Positions 1 to 7,088 of a DNA stretch of 12,482 nucleotides are shown here, piece by piece. Under the pieces are notes generated by a model. That model was not told the DNA's origin. It worked only from the letters and a program-made list of their open reading frames with translations, and did not search any database. Numbering within the stretch: position 1 is the first letter of the stretch; every line of letters begins with the position of its first letter. Source of the DNA: Acidobacteriota bacterium (lineage in GTDB: Bacteria > Acidobacteriota > UBA4820 > DSQY01); assembly GCA_049967655.1 (NCBI GenBank), contig JBMFSH010000062.1, positions 1 through 12,482 of the forward strand, read 5' to 3'. A program made the translations under genes and the position numbers.

Positions 1-943
1 AGATCCCGCTTACCAAAAAGAGGGGCACGAGCATCACGAGGCTCCCGCTGAGAAACGCCAGCCCCAGGTTGAAAGCCACGCCCATCCCGTAGCCGAGCAG
101 GAGGGTTCGCCCATAGGACCAGCGGTCCGTGAGCATGCCCGCCGGGAAGGTGGCCAGCCCGCTGACGGCGTTGTGAAAGACGTAGAGCAGGACGGGGACG
201 GAGAGGAGCATGGCCCCGCCGCCCGAAGGAAGCCGCCTCGCGGCCTCCAGGATGAGGAAGGTCCGCGAGAAGTCGCCCATGCCGAAGAGCAGGACCGCCG
301 CCAGAAAGGCCCAATAGGCACTGGGCATCGCGGGGCGGCTCGGCCGCTCGGCGCGCCCTTCCGGGCGGCCCTCTTCGTGAACGAGGAAGACCACCGCGAG
401 AACCGCCCCCAGGCCCGGAATGAGCGTGATCAGAAAAATCCAGTGCAGGCGCAGGGACAGCCCCACGAACAGTGCCGCCAGGAGTGGCCCGACCACGGCG
501 CCGGCCATGTCGCCCGCCCGCTCCAGGCCGTAGGCTTTCCCGTACTGGGAGGGCTCCACGGCTTCGGCCATGAGGGCGTCCCTCAGCGGCCCCCTGAACC
601 CGCGCGCCATCCAGGCCACGGTTCTCAGGAGCACGAAGGGGATGGCCGATGCGGCGAAGGCGAAGGCCCCCACGCAGAGGGTGGTCACGAGGTAGGCGAA
701 GGCCACCGGGCCCTTCTTGCGGGCGATCCGCTGACCCACGAGGCCCGACCAGTACTTGGCACCCGAGGAGAAGACGTCCGCGATGCCTTCGATCCATCCA
801 AGGACCGTAGCCCCCAGCCCCAGGTGCTGGAGGTAGAGCGGCAGCACCGCCGTGGCCATCTCGTGGCTCGCGTCCGAGAGCAGGCTGGCCAGGGAGAAGC
901 CGAAGACCGTCGGGCTTTTCCAGGAACGGGCGGCGTCGGCCAT
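1..943 (-). CDS. MFS transporter (MJ1317-like type), 3' end runs off the window
   Basis: Not in the ORF track because no stop lies in the window. Hand translation from ATG at 943 (SD GGGAGG just upstream) gives 314 open codons: MADAARSWKSPTVFGFSLASLLSDASHEMATAVLPLYL...GWIEGIAD...RGFRGPLRDALMAEAVEPSQYGKAYGLERAGDMAGAVVGPLLA...FPAGMLTDRWSY. It has repeated hydrophobic helices and a motif-A-like GxLxDR in the C-terminal half. Confidence 0.9.
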   Translation of the reverse strand, partial: MADAARSWKSPTVFGFSLASLLSDASHEMATAVLPLYLQHLGLGATVLGWIEGIADVFSSGAKYWSGLVGQRIARKKGPVAFAYLVTTLCVGAFAFAASAIPFVLLRTVAWMARGFRGPLRDALMAEAVEPSQYGKAYGLERAGDMAGAVVGPLLAALFVGLSLRLHWIFLITLIPGLGAVLAVVFLVHEEGRPEGRAERPSRPAMPSAYWAFLAAVLLFGMGDFSRTFLILEAARRLPSGGGAMLLSVPVLLYVFHNAVSGLATFPAGMLTDRWSYGRTLLLGYGMGVAFNLGLAFLSGSLVMLVPLFLVSGI

Positions 944-989
944 CAAGTCCTCCCACGCGGCTCCGGCCATCCGGAGCCCGCAACATCCC

Positions 990-1036
990 TAGGAGTTATC
1001 AGCCATTCCGGCGCTTGACGGCGAACTCCATCGCCC
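990..1036 (-). promoter_or_regulatory. Fluoride riboswitch (crcB RNA motif) upstream of the MFS gene
   Basis: Minus strand reads GGCGATGGAGTTCGCC-GTC-AAGC-GCCGGAATGGC-TGATAACTCCTA. P1 is GGCGA/UCGCC, the pseudoknot is GGAGUU/AACUCC, and there is a small hairpin GCCG-GAA-UGGC. This matches the fluoride aptamer consensus GGCGAUGGAGUUCGCC...AAxCGCC...GCURAUGACUCCUA. Confidence 0.92.
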
Positions 1037-1041
1037 ACCCG

Positions 1042-1070
1042 ATCGTACCCAAAAAGTCGAACCCGGTCAA
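1042..1070 (-). promoter_or_regulatory. sigma70-type promoter for the riboswitch-MFS transcript
   Basis: TTGACC (1070-1065), 17-nt spacer, TACGAT (1047-1042). The predicted +1 falls at the first Gs of the aptamer. Confidence 0.8.
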
Positions 1071-1107
1071 CAGCTTACGAGGCTTCCCCCGCTTCCCTTC
1101 TCAAGTT

Positions 1108-1578
1108 CTAGCCCCGCAGCGTCGCCACCAGCCTCAGCGGTTCGGTCAACAGCTCCAGCGCCTCCACGATGCTGCGGCACACCACCTGGGCCGCCATCAG
1201 GCTCTCCGCCGCCGCCCCCTCCCTCTGCACCACGGCCACGCCCAGGGCGGCTTTGGCCAGCATGAGCCGGTCGTTCCGCCCGTTGCCGATGCACGCCGTG
1301 CGGTCGGGGTTCAGCCTCTCCACGTATTGGGCCTTGGCGTGAGCCTGGCCCGCCGATTCGAGGATGACCAGCTCGCAGGGAATCCCGTCGAGCTCGCGCT
1401 TGGCCTGGCCGAAGGTGTCCCCCGTGACCACGTGGATCTTCAGCCGGCGGGAGAGGCCGATCAACGCCTCCCGCACACCGGGCAGGAGGATCCCATCCTC
1501 CGCCAAGGTGCCGTTGAAATCGAGGACCAGGTGCTCCAACGCCCAGGAGCCCAAATCAGGTACGGTAATCTCGATCAT
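1108..1578 (-). CDS. HAD-superfamily hydrolase, soluble P-type ATPase-like (COG4087-type), copy 1
   Basis: 156 aa with motif I DFNGT, motif II TGDT, motif III Lys (AKA) and motif IV GNGRND, and no membrane segments. SD GGAGG is present and the start overlaps the enolase stop (ATGA). Confidence 0.9.
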   Translation of the reverse strand: MIEITVPDLGSWALEHLVLDFNGTLAEDGILLPGVREALIGLSRRLKIHVVTGDTFGQAKRELDGIPCELVILESAGQAHAKAQYVERLNPDRTACIGNGRNDRLMLAKAALGVAVVQREGAAAESLMAAQVVCRSIVEALELLTEPLRLVATLRG

Positions 1579-2873
1579 GGATGCCTCCGATGCCGTCTGG
1601 GGTTCGCGGCAGTCGGGCCAAACTCCGCCGTCGCTCCCAGCTCGGCCTCGATTTCCAAAAGGCGGTTGTATTTGCTGGTCCGCTCGCTCCGGCAGGCAGA
1701 CCCCGTCTTGATCTGGCCGCCGTCCATCGCCACCGCGAAATCGGCGAGGAAAGTGTCTTCCGTTTCGCCGGATCGGTGCGAGACCACGAAGGACCAGCCG
1801 GCCTCGCGGCAGAGTTCGATGGCCTGGATCGTCTCCGTGACGGTGCCGATCTGGTTCAGCTTGATGAGCGCCGCGTTGGTGGTCTTCTGAGAGATGCCCT
1901 TTTCGATGAGCACCGGATCGGTGCAGTAGATGTCGTCCCCGACGATCTGGATCCGGTCTCCGAGGAGCTCCGTCTGCGCCCGAAAACCCTCCCAGTCGTC
2001 CTCGGCCAGCCCATCCTCCAAGGAGACGATGGGGTAACTCTCCAGCCAGGACCGGTACAGAGCCGTCAGCTCCGCGCTGCTCTTGCGCCCCTGGCGCGAG
2101 CGCGACAAATGGTAACTTCCCCCTTCCCAGAAAGAGCTGGCCGCCGGGTCCAGGGCGATGGCGATCTCTCTACCGGCCGCGTACCCGGCCTTTTCGATGG
2201 CCTGCACGATGAATTCCACGGCCTCCTCGTTGCTGCGGAGGTCCGGCGCGAAGCCCCCCTCGTCCCCCACCGCCGTGGAGTACCCCCGCTCCTTCAACAA
2301 GGCCTTCAAAGCGTGAAAGGTCTCCACGCCGAAGCGTAGCGCCTCACCGAAGCTCGGGGCGCCCACCGGCACGATCATGAACTCCTGGAAGTCTACGCTG
2401 TTATCGGCGTGCCTGCCGCCGTTGAGGATGTTCATCATCGGCATGGGGAGGCGCCGGGCGCTTTCTCCCCCCAAGTGAGCGTAAAGAGGAAGTCCGGCGC
2501 TGGCCGCCCCTGCCCGCGCGACCGCCATAGAGAGGGCCAGCAGGGCATTGGCCCCCAGCCGCTCCTTGTTCGGCGTCCCGTCGAGATCGATCAGGAGCTG
2601 GTCCACGGCAGCCTGGTTCCCGACGGGCAATCCGGTCATGCGCGGCGCCAAGTAGTCGTTGATCTCCTCCACCACCGTCCGAACCCCTTTGCCTTCGTAC
2701 CGTTCCGGATCGCGGTCCCTTTTCTCGAAGGCCTCTCGGCTTCCGGTGGATGCCCCCGACGGCACGGAGGCGGAGACCCGCGTGCCGTCCTTCAGCTCCA
2801 GGAAGGCGCGGAGCGTGGGGTTGCCCCTGGAATCCAAGATTTCCAGCGCTCGAACGGTCCGGATTTCGCTCAT
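1575..2873 (-). CDS. eno: Enolase (phosphopyruvate hydratase)
   Basis: 432 aa with EILDSRGNPT, VPSGASTG, NGGRHADN, FQEFMI, VGDEGG, EDGLAEDDW, VGDD, IKLNQIGT, SHRSGETED and GQIKTG. SD GAGGAGG is present. Confidence 0.97.
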   Translation of the reverse strand: MSEIRTVRALEILDSRGNPTLRAFLELKDGTRVSASVPSGASTGSREAFEKRDRDPERYEGKGVRTVVEEINDYLAPRMTGLPVGNQAAVDQLLIDLDGTPNKERLGANALLALSMAVARAGAASAGLPLYAHLGGESARRLPMPMMNILNGGRHADNSVDFQEFMIVPVGAPSFGEALRFGVETFHALKALLKERGYSTAVGDEGGFAPDLRSNEEAVEFIVQAIEKAGYAAGREIAIALDPAASSFWEGGSYHLSRSRQGRKSSAELTALYRSWLESYPIVSLEDGLAEDDWEGFRAQTELLGDRIQIVGDDIYCTDPVLIEKGISQKTTNAALIKLNQIGTVTETIQAIELCREAGWSFVVSHRSGETEDTFLADFAVAMDGGQIKTGSACRSERTSKYNRLLEIEAELGATAEFGPTAANPRRHRRHP

Positions 2874-2897
2874 ATGGGCCTCCTCTTCCCACCTTCG

Positions 2898-3635
2898 TCA
2901 CCGCATGGTGAAGCTCTCGCCCAGGAAGACTCTCCTCGCTCCGGCATCGGCGGCCAGTTGCGCCGGCGTGCCCTCTGCGAGTATCCGCCCGTCGTGTATG
3001 ATGTAGGCTTCATCCGTGATCTTGAGGGTTTCCCGAACGTTGTGGTCGGTGATTACGACGCCGATGCCCTTTTCGCGGAGGGTGAGAATCAACGCCTGAA
3101 TGTCTTCCACCGCCATGGGGTCAATGCCGGCGAAGGGTTCGTCCAGGAGGAAGAACCTCGGTGAGAGAACCAGCGCCCTCGCCACCTCCACGCGGCGCCG
3201 CTCCCCGCCCGACAGCGAGAAGGCGGGGGACTTGGCTATGGCTCGAATATTCAGCTCCGTGAGGGCCGCTTCCATCCGATCCTCTTGCTCCCCTCGGCTC
3301 ATCTTGGTGTACTGCAGAACCGTCTTCAGGTTTTCCTCCACGGTCATTCTTCGGAAAATGGAGGGTTCCTGGGGAAGATAGGCAATGCCGGCGCGCGCCC
3401 TCTCGTGCATGGGCAGCGCGACGATGGATCGTCCATCCAGCAGGACGTCCCCCGAGGTGGGCGCTACCAGCCCCACGAGCATGTAGAAGGTCGTCGTCTT
3501 GCCGGCGCCGTTGGGGCCGAGAAGGCCCACCACGCGGCCGGAAGGGAAAGCCAGGTCCACCCCTCGAACCACCGTCCGGTGGCCGTACGCCTTCACCAGA
3601 CTCTTCGCGATGAGTTCATGGCGCGGGTGATCCAT
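2898..3635 (-). CDS. lptB: LptB-family (LPS export) ABC ATPase, orphan
   Basis: Probable start is ATG 3635 (MDHPRH..., 245 aa) rather than 3716, which overlaps usp. Motifs: Walker A GPNGAGKTTTFYM, Q-loop YLPQEPSIFRR, signature LSGGERRRVE, Walker B LLDEPFAGIDP, H-loop ITDHNVRETL, C-terminal VFLGESF. These are LptB hallmarks. Confidence 0.88.
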   Translation of the reverse strand: MDHPRHELIAKSLVKAYGHRTVVRGVDLAFPSGRVVGLLGPNGAGKTTTFYMLVGLVAPTSGDVLLDGRSIVALPMHERARAGIAYLPQEPSIFRRMTVEENLKTVLQYTKMSRGEQEDRMEAALTELNIRAIAKSPAFSLSGGERRRVEVARALVLSPRFFLLDEPFAGIDPMAVEDIQALILTLREKGIGVVITDHNVRETLKITDEAYIIHDGRILAEGTPAQLAADAGARRVFLGESFTMR

Positions 3636-3691
3636 GGCTTGCCTTCTCTTCTTGGTCCGTCCTCGCGGGCCAGCCCCCCGGCCCGTATCCT

Positions 3692-4117
3692 TCAGGGCAC
3701 CGCCAAGAAAGCGCACGGCGCTCTCAGCATCAGCATCGTGGCGGTGGAGCCCGCCTGATCTGGGAAGACATTGGAGTGTCCCGTCCGGCCTATCACGAGC
3801 AAGTCGAATCGGCCACGCTTCACGAGGCCGAGAATGGTGCGCACCTCGTGCCCATCCGCCGAGGTAACGATGACGTCCACGCCCGCGGCCATACCCCGCT
3901 GGCGGGCCTCCATGAGCAGGGAGCCGCTGAGCGCCATCTCGGCCGCGGAGGTCTCCGCCTCACTTTCCCCATCCCCCTCCGCACGCCTCGGTGAGGTCTC
4001 CTCCACCGTCACCGCGTGCAGCTCAGCCTCCAACGCCCGCGCCAATTCCAGGGCCACTGCGAAGGCGCGCCATGACGACTCGGAGCCATCCAACCCGACC
4101 AGAATCTTGCGGTACAT
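3692..4117 (-). CDS. Universal stress protein (UspA family)
   Basis: 141 aa with MYRKILVGLDGSESS at the N-terminus and DLLVIGRTGHS...GST...APC at the C-terminus. Strong SD AAGGAGGT. Confidence 0.92.
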   Translation of the reverse strand: MYRKILVGLDGSESSWRAFAVALELARALEAELHAVTVEETSPRRAEGDGESEAETSAAEMALSGSLLMEARQRGMAAGVDVIVTSADGHEVRTILGLVKRGRFDLLVIGRTGHSNVFPDQAGSTATMLMLRAPCAFLAVP

Positions 4118-4167
4118 TGCGACCTCCTTTGGGAACGCCAGTGCGCCTCAAACACGCATTGCATCGC

Positions 4168-6324
4168 TCATGGGCGAACCCAGTTAACCAGGAGCACCAC
4201 CAGCAGCGTGACCAGGACCGTCGCCGTGTAGAGGTTGACCCGGCCGGAGTGGTGGGGCCTCGCGATCAGTCCTGCGGCGCCGCGCACCAGGCGCGTGAGG
4301 GGGAGGAGAAAGAGCCTGTCCATGATGAAGGGCTCCCGCTGACTTCGCGTGAGGGCGGTGCGATAGTGCCCCTGCACGCTCTCGCGCGTGTCCTCCTGCG
4401 TGGTGGGGCGGAAGATCGCCTGGAACACCACGCGGACGGGATTGGAGAAGCCCGTCGCGCTGTAGGTCATGTCGGGAAAGAGGTGGCGCACGCCGCCGTC
4501 CCAGACCAGTCCCCGGCGCACGGTCCGCCCCCGCGTGGCCCAGCGAACGACGAGGGCGAGACCCGCCAAAAGCAGGACGAGCACCACGGCCGTGTAGGCC
4601 GTGGACATGGCGAAGACCACCGGGTTCTTCTCCCCGCCGGGATGGAGCACCACGAGGCCACGCCCCGGCAAGAGGCCGCGGCCCACCTGGGCCCCGATGG
4701 CGTGGAAGCCCTTCACGAAGCCGACTCCGTAGCGCGCGTCACCGGAGGGCCCCACGACGAAGAAGGGCGGAACCAGCTCCTCGGTGATGGACCCGTGGGC
4801 CAGGGGCGCCACGATCGTGTCCAGGGCCGGGATCACGTAGGTCGGCGCCAGGCCCAGGGCCAGGCAGAGAGCGGCCAGCAGCCCCATGGGCCAGAGCATG
4901 CTCCGGGGCAGTTCCTTCGCCTGCTCCGCCGGCCTGGAGCGGGCCATTCCCAGGAAGCTCATGCCGAAGGCCTTCACGAAGCAGGTCACGGCGAGGGCGG
5001 CCGTGAGAGCCAGGGCGGCCGCGCAGAGGGCGAAAACGACCTTGACGCCCGTGGCGCCGAACTGGGCGCTCTGCAGGAGCGTCTGGAGGGTGAGCCACTC
5101 GCTGACGAAGCCGTTGAAGGGCGGCAGCGCGGCGATGGAGAGCGCCCCCGCCAGGAAGAAGAGCCCCGTGTAGGGCATGGCGCGAAGCAGGCCCCCCATC
5201 CGGTTCATGTCCCGCGTCCCCGTCCGCAGGTCCACTCCTCCCGCCCCCAGGAAGAGGAGCGACTTGTAGAGCGAGTGGTTCATCATGTGGTAGAAGCCAA
5301 CGACAAAGCCCATGGCCGCCAGGACGGGCAGGTGAGAGGCGAGAAAGACCATGCCCGCTCCGAGGCCCACGGTCACGAGGCCCATGTTCTCGATGGAACT
5401 GTGGGCCAGCATGCGCTTCATGTCCGGGTCGATGGTGGCGTAGAGGATGCCGATGAGGGCGGTGAGGCTCCCCACGATGAGGACCACGAGCCCCTCCCCC
5501 ACGTGCCGCACGGGCAGGAGGTCCAGGTTGACCCGCACGATGCCGTAGATGCCGAGGTTCAGGATGCACCCGGACAGGAGCGCCGAGACGGGCGCAGGGG
5601 CCACGGGATGGGCCTTGGGCAGCCAGGAGCTTCCTGGAATGAGGCCCGCCTTCACGCTGAAGCCGAAAAAGGTGAGGAGAAAAACCGCCCAGGCGGCCCC
5701 CGGCCCGAGGCCCGGGCCGACCGTGCGCAGGGCGGTGAAATCCAGCCCCGAGGCGCCGAGACCTCCGATGAAGAGCACCCCCAGCGTGGCCGCCAGCACC
5801 CCCGCCTCGGTCATGGCGAGGAGCAGGTAGCCCGCGCGCACGTTCTCCTGCTTGCGGTTTTCGAAGCCCACCAGGAGCATGCAGAAGACCGCCATGAGGC
5901 GCCAGTCGAGCAGGAAGGTCACCAGGTCCGATCCCGCCAGGGTCAGGGCCGTGGCCAGCAGGAGCAGATGGTAGAGCACGCCATAGAGCCTGAGGCTGTA
6001 GCGGCCCTCGTAGCGCGCCAGATAGCCGGCCGAGTATATCGAAGCCGGGAGAAAGACCACGGCGGTCACGAGGAGGAAGAGCGCCGAGAGGCGGTCCATT
6101 CCGAAACCGAGCGTGCCCAGGACCGGCAGGCGCAGGAGGGGGAAGGCGAAGCCCGCGCCGCTCCCCAGCGTGGCTCCGGAGGCCGCCATCAGCGCCCCCG
6201 AGGCGAGGGAGGCGGTCCAGGCGAGCCCCGTCGGTACGCGCCGGTCGGGCAGGAGCGCGCTGAGAAGGGCGCCCGCTCCCGCCAAGAGGACGAAGAGGAG
6301 AAAGAATCCGGCGGCGGGGCTCAC
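4168..6324 (-). CDS. hyfB: HyfB/HycC-like antiporter-type membrane subunit (NuoL/M/N-MrpA/D family) of an Ehr complex
   Basis: True start is most likely GTG 6324, which overlaps the small-subunit stop (GTGA) and has SD GGGGAGG; 718 aa. Motifs: GFSVKAGLIP..WLPKAHPVAPAPVSALLSG, KRMLAHSSIENMG, NHSLYKSLLFLGAG, LPPFNGFVSEW, CFVKAFG, WDGG...MTYSATGFSNP. Confidence 0.9.
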   Translation of the reverse strand: MSPAAGFFLLFVLLAGAGALLSALLPDRRVPTGLAWTASLASGALMAASGATLGSGAGFAFPLLRLPVLGTLGFGMDRLSALFLLVTAVVFLPASIYSAGYLARYEGRYSLRLYGVLYHLLLLATALTLAGSDLVTFLLDWRLMAVFCMLLVGFENRKQENVRAGYLLLAMTEAGVLAATLGVLFIGGLGASGLDFTALRTVGPGLGPGAAWAVFLLTFFGFSVKAGLIPGSSWLPKAHPVAPAPVSALLSGCILNLGIYGIVRVNLDLLPVRHVGEGLVVLIVGSLTALIGILYATIDPDMKRMLAHSSIENMGLVTVGLGAGMVFLASHLPVLAAMGFVVGFYHMMNHSLYKSLLFLGAGGVDLRTGTRDMNRMGGLLRAMPYTGLFFLAGALSIAALPPFNGFVSEWLTLQTLLQSAQFGATGVKVVFALCAAALALTAALAVTCFVKAFGMSFLGMARSRPAEQAKELPRSMLWPMGLLAALCLALGLAPTYVIPALDTIVAPLAHGSITEELVPPFFVVGPSGDARYGVGFVKGFHAIGAQVGRGLLPGRGLVVLHPGGEKNPVVFAMSTAYTAVVLVLLLAGLALVVRWATRGRTVRRGLVWDGGVRHLFPDMTYSATGFSNPVRVVFQAIFRPTTQEDTRESVQGHYRTALTRSQREPFIMDRLFLLPLTRLVRGAAGLIARPHHSGRVNLYTATVLVTLLVVLLVNWVRP

Positions 6325-7079
6325 GGCGCGGCCTCCCCCAGCGTCTCCCGGGCGCCATCGGACGTCTTCGCCCGGCCCGAGAGGAGCAGCAAGCCATGCA
6401 GGATGGCTAGAGGCGGCGGCGGGCAGCCGGGCACCTCCACGTCCACGGGCAACACGCTGCCCACGCCGCCCGCGCTGGCGAAGCTCGGCCCGAACAGGCA
6501 GCCGGTCAGGGCGCAGGTACCCACCGCCATCACGCGGCGCGGGGTGGGCATGGCCTCGTAGGCCTTGAGCAGCGGCATGCGCATGGCCTGCGTCACGGGG
6601 CCCGCCACGAGGAGCACGTCGGCGTGGCGCGGCGTTGGAGTGAGGAAGAGCCCCAGCCGGTGCATGTTGTAATAGGGTTTGTTGAGCTGCTTGATTTCGC
6701 TCAGGCAGGCATCGCAGGCGCCGGCGTCCACGACGCGGATGTGGAGCGAGTGGTCGAAGCCGCGGCCGAAGAGGGGGGCGTCGCCCGGCCCCGTCTGCCG
6801 CGCCCACTCGTACCCGCCCTCCCAGGGCACCGGATTGGGACCCGATGCGCATCGGAGGCAATGGATGCAGCGGCGCGGGTCGGCCGTGAGGCGTGTCCCG
6901 CTCGTTTCGAGCGCCCCGGCGGGGCAGGAAAGGGCCGCCCCCTCGGCGTCGGACGGGGAGGGCCAGCGGCTCTCGGCCGCCGGGAGACCCGGCGTCACGC
7001 CCGCAGCCTCTTCGGGACGCCGGGGATAGCGCGTGCTCTTCACCCCCGTCCTCAGCCCCTGGATGATCCATTTGCTCAT
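6321..7079 (-). CDS. hyfI: NuoB/HycG/HyfI-like Fe-S small subunit with N-terminal ferredoxin-like (HycF/HyfH-like) segment
   Basis: C-terminal domain has GACDAC, DVLLVAGPVT, VGTCA and PGCPP (four cluster cysteines). N-terminal segment has TRYP, CPAGAL and CIHCLRC. Confidence 0.88.
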   Translation of the reverse strand: MSKWIIQGLRTGVKSTRYPRRPEEAAGVTPGLPAAESRWPSPSDAEGAALSCPAGALETSGTRLTADPRRCIHCLRCASGPNPVPWEGGYEWARQTGPGDAPLFGRGFDHSLHIRVVDAGACDACLSEIKQLNKPYYNMHRLGLFLTPTPRHADVLLVAGPVTQAMRMPLLKAYEAMPTPRRVMAVGTCALTGCLFGPSFASAGGVGSVLPVDVEVPGCPPPPLAILHGLLLLSGRAKTSDGARETLGEAAP

Positions 7080-7088
7080 GGTGGGCTC

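Noticed and set aside
3666..3685. GC hairpin between usp and lptB as a terminator or third riboswitch
   Set aside because: It has no U tract and no aptamer consensus; at most it is an mRNA stability element.
3636..3716. Longer lptB start at 3716
   Set aside because: It overlaps usp and adds a non-conserved basic tail. ATG 3635 gives the typical LptB length.
6325..7071. 249-codon N-terminal extension of the hyfB ORF (967 aa call) overlapping the small-subunit gene
   Set aside because: It is Arg/Pro/Gly-rich off-frame sequence. A GTG at 6324 with a strong SD and GTGA coupling gives a normal-sized HyfB.
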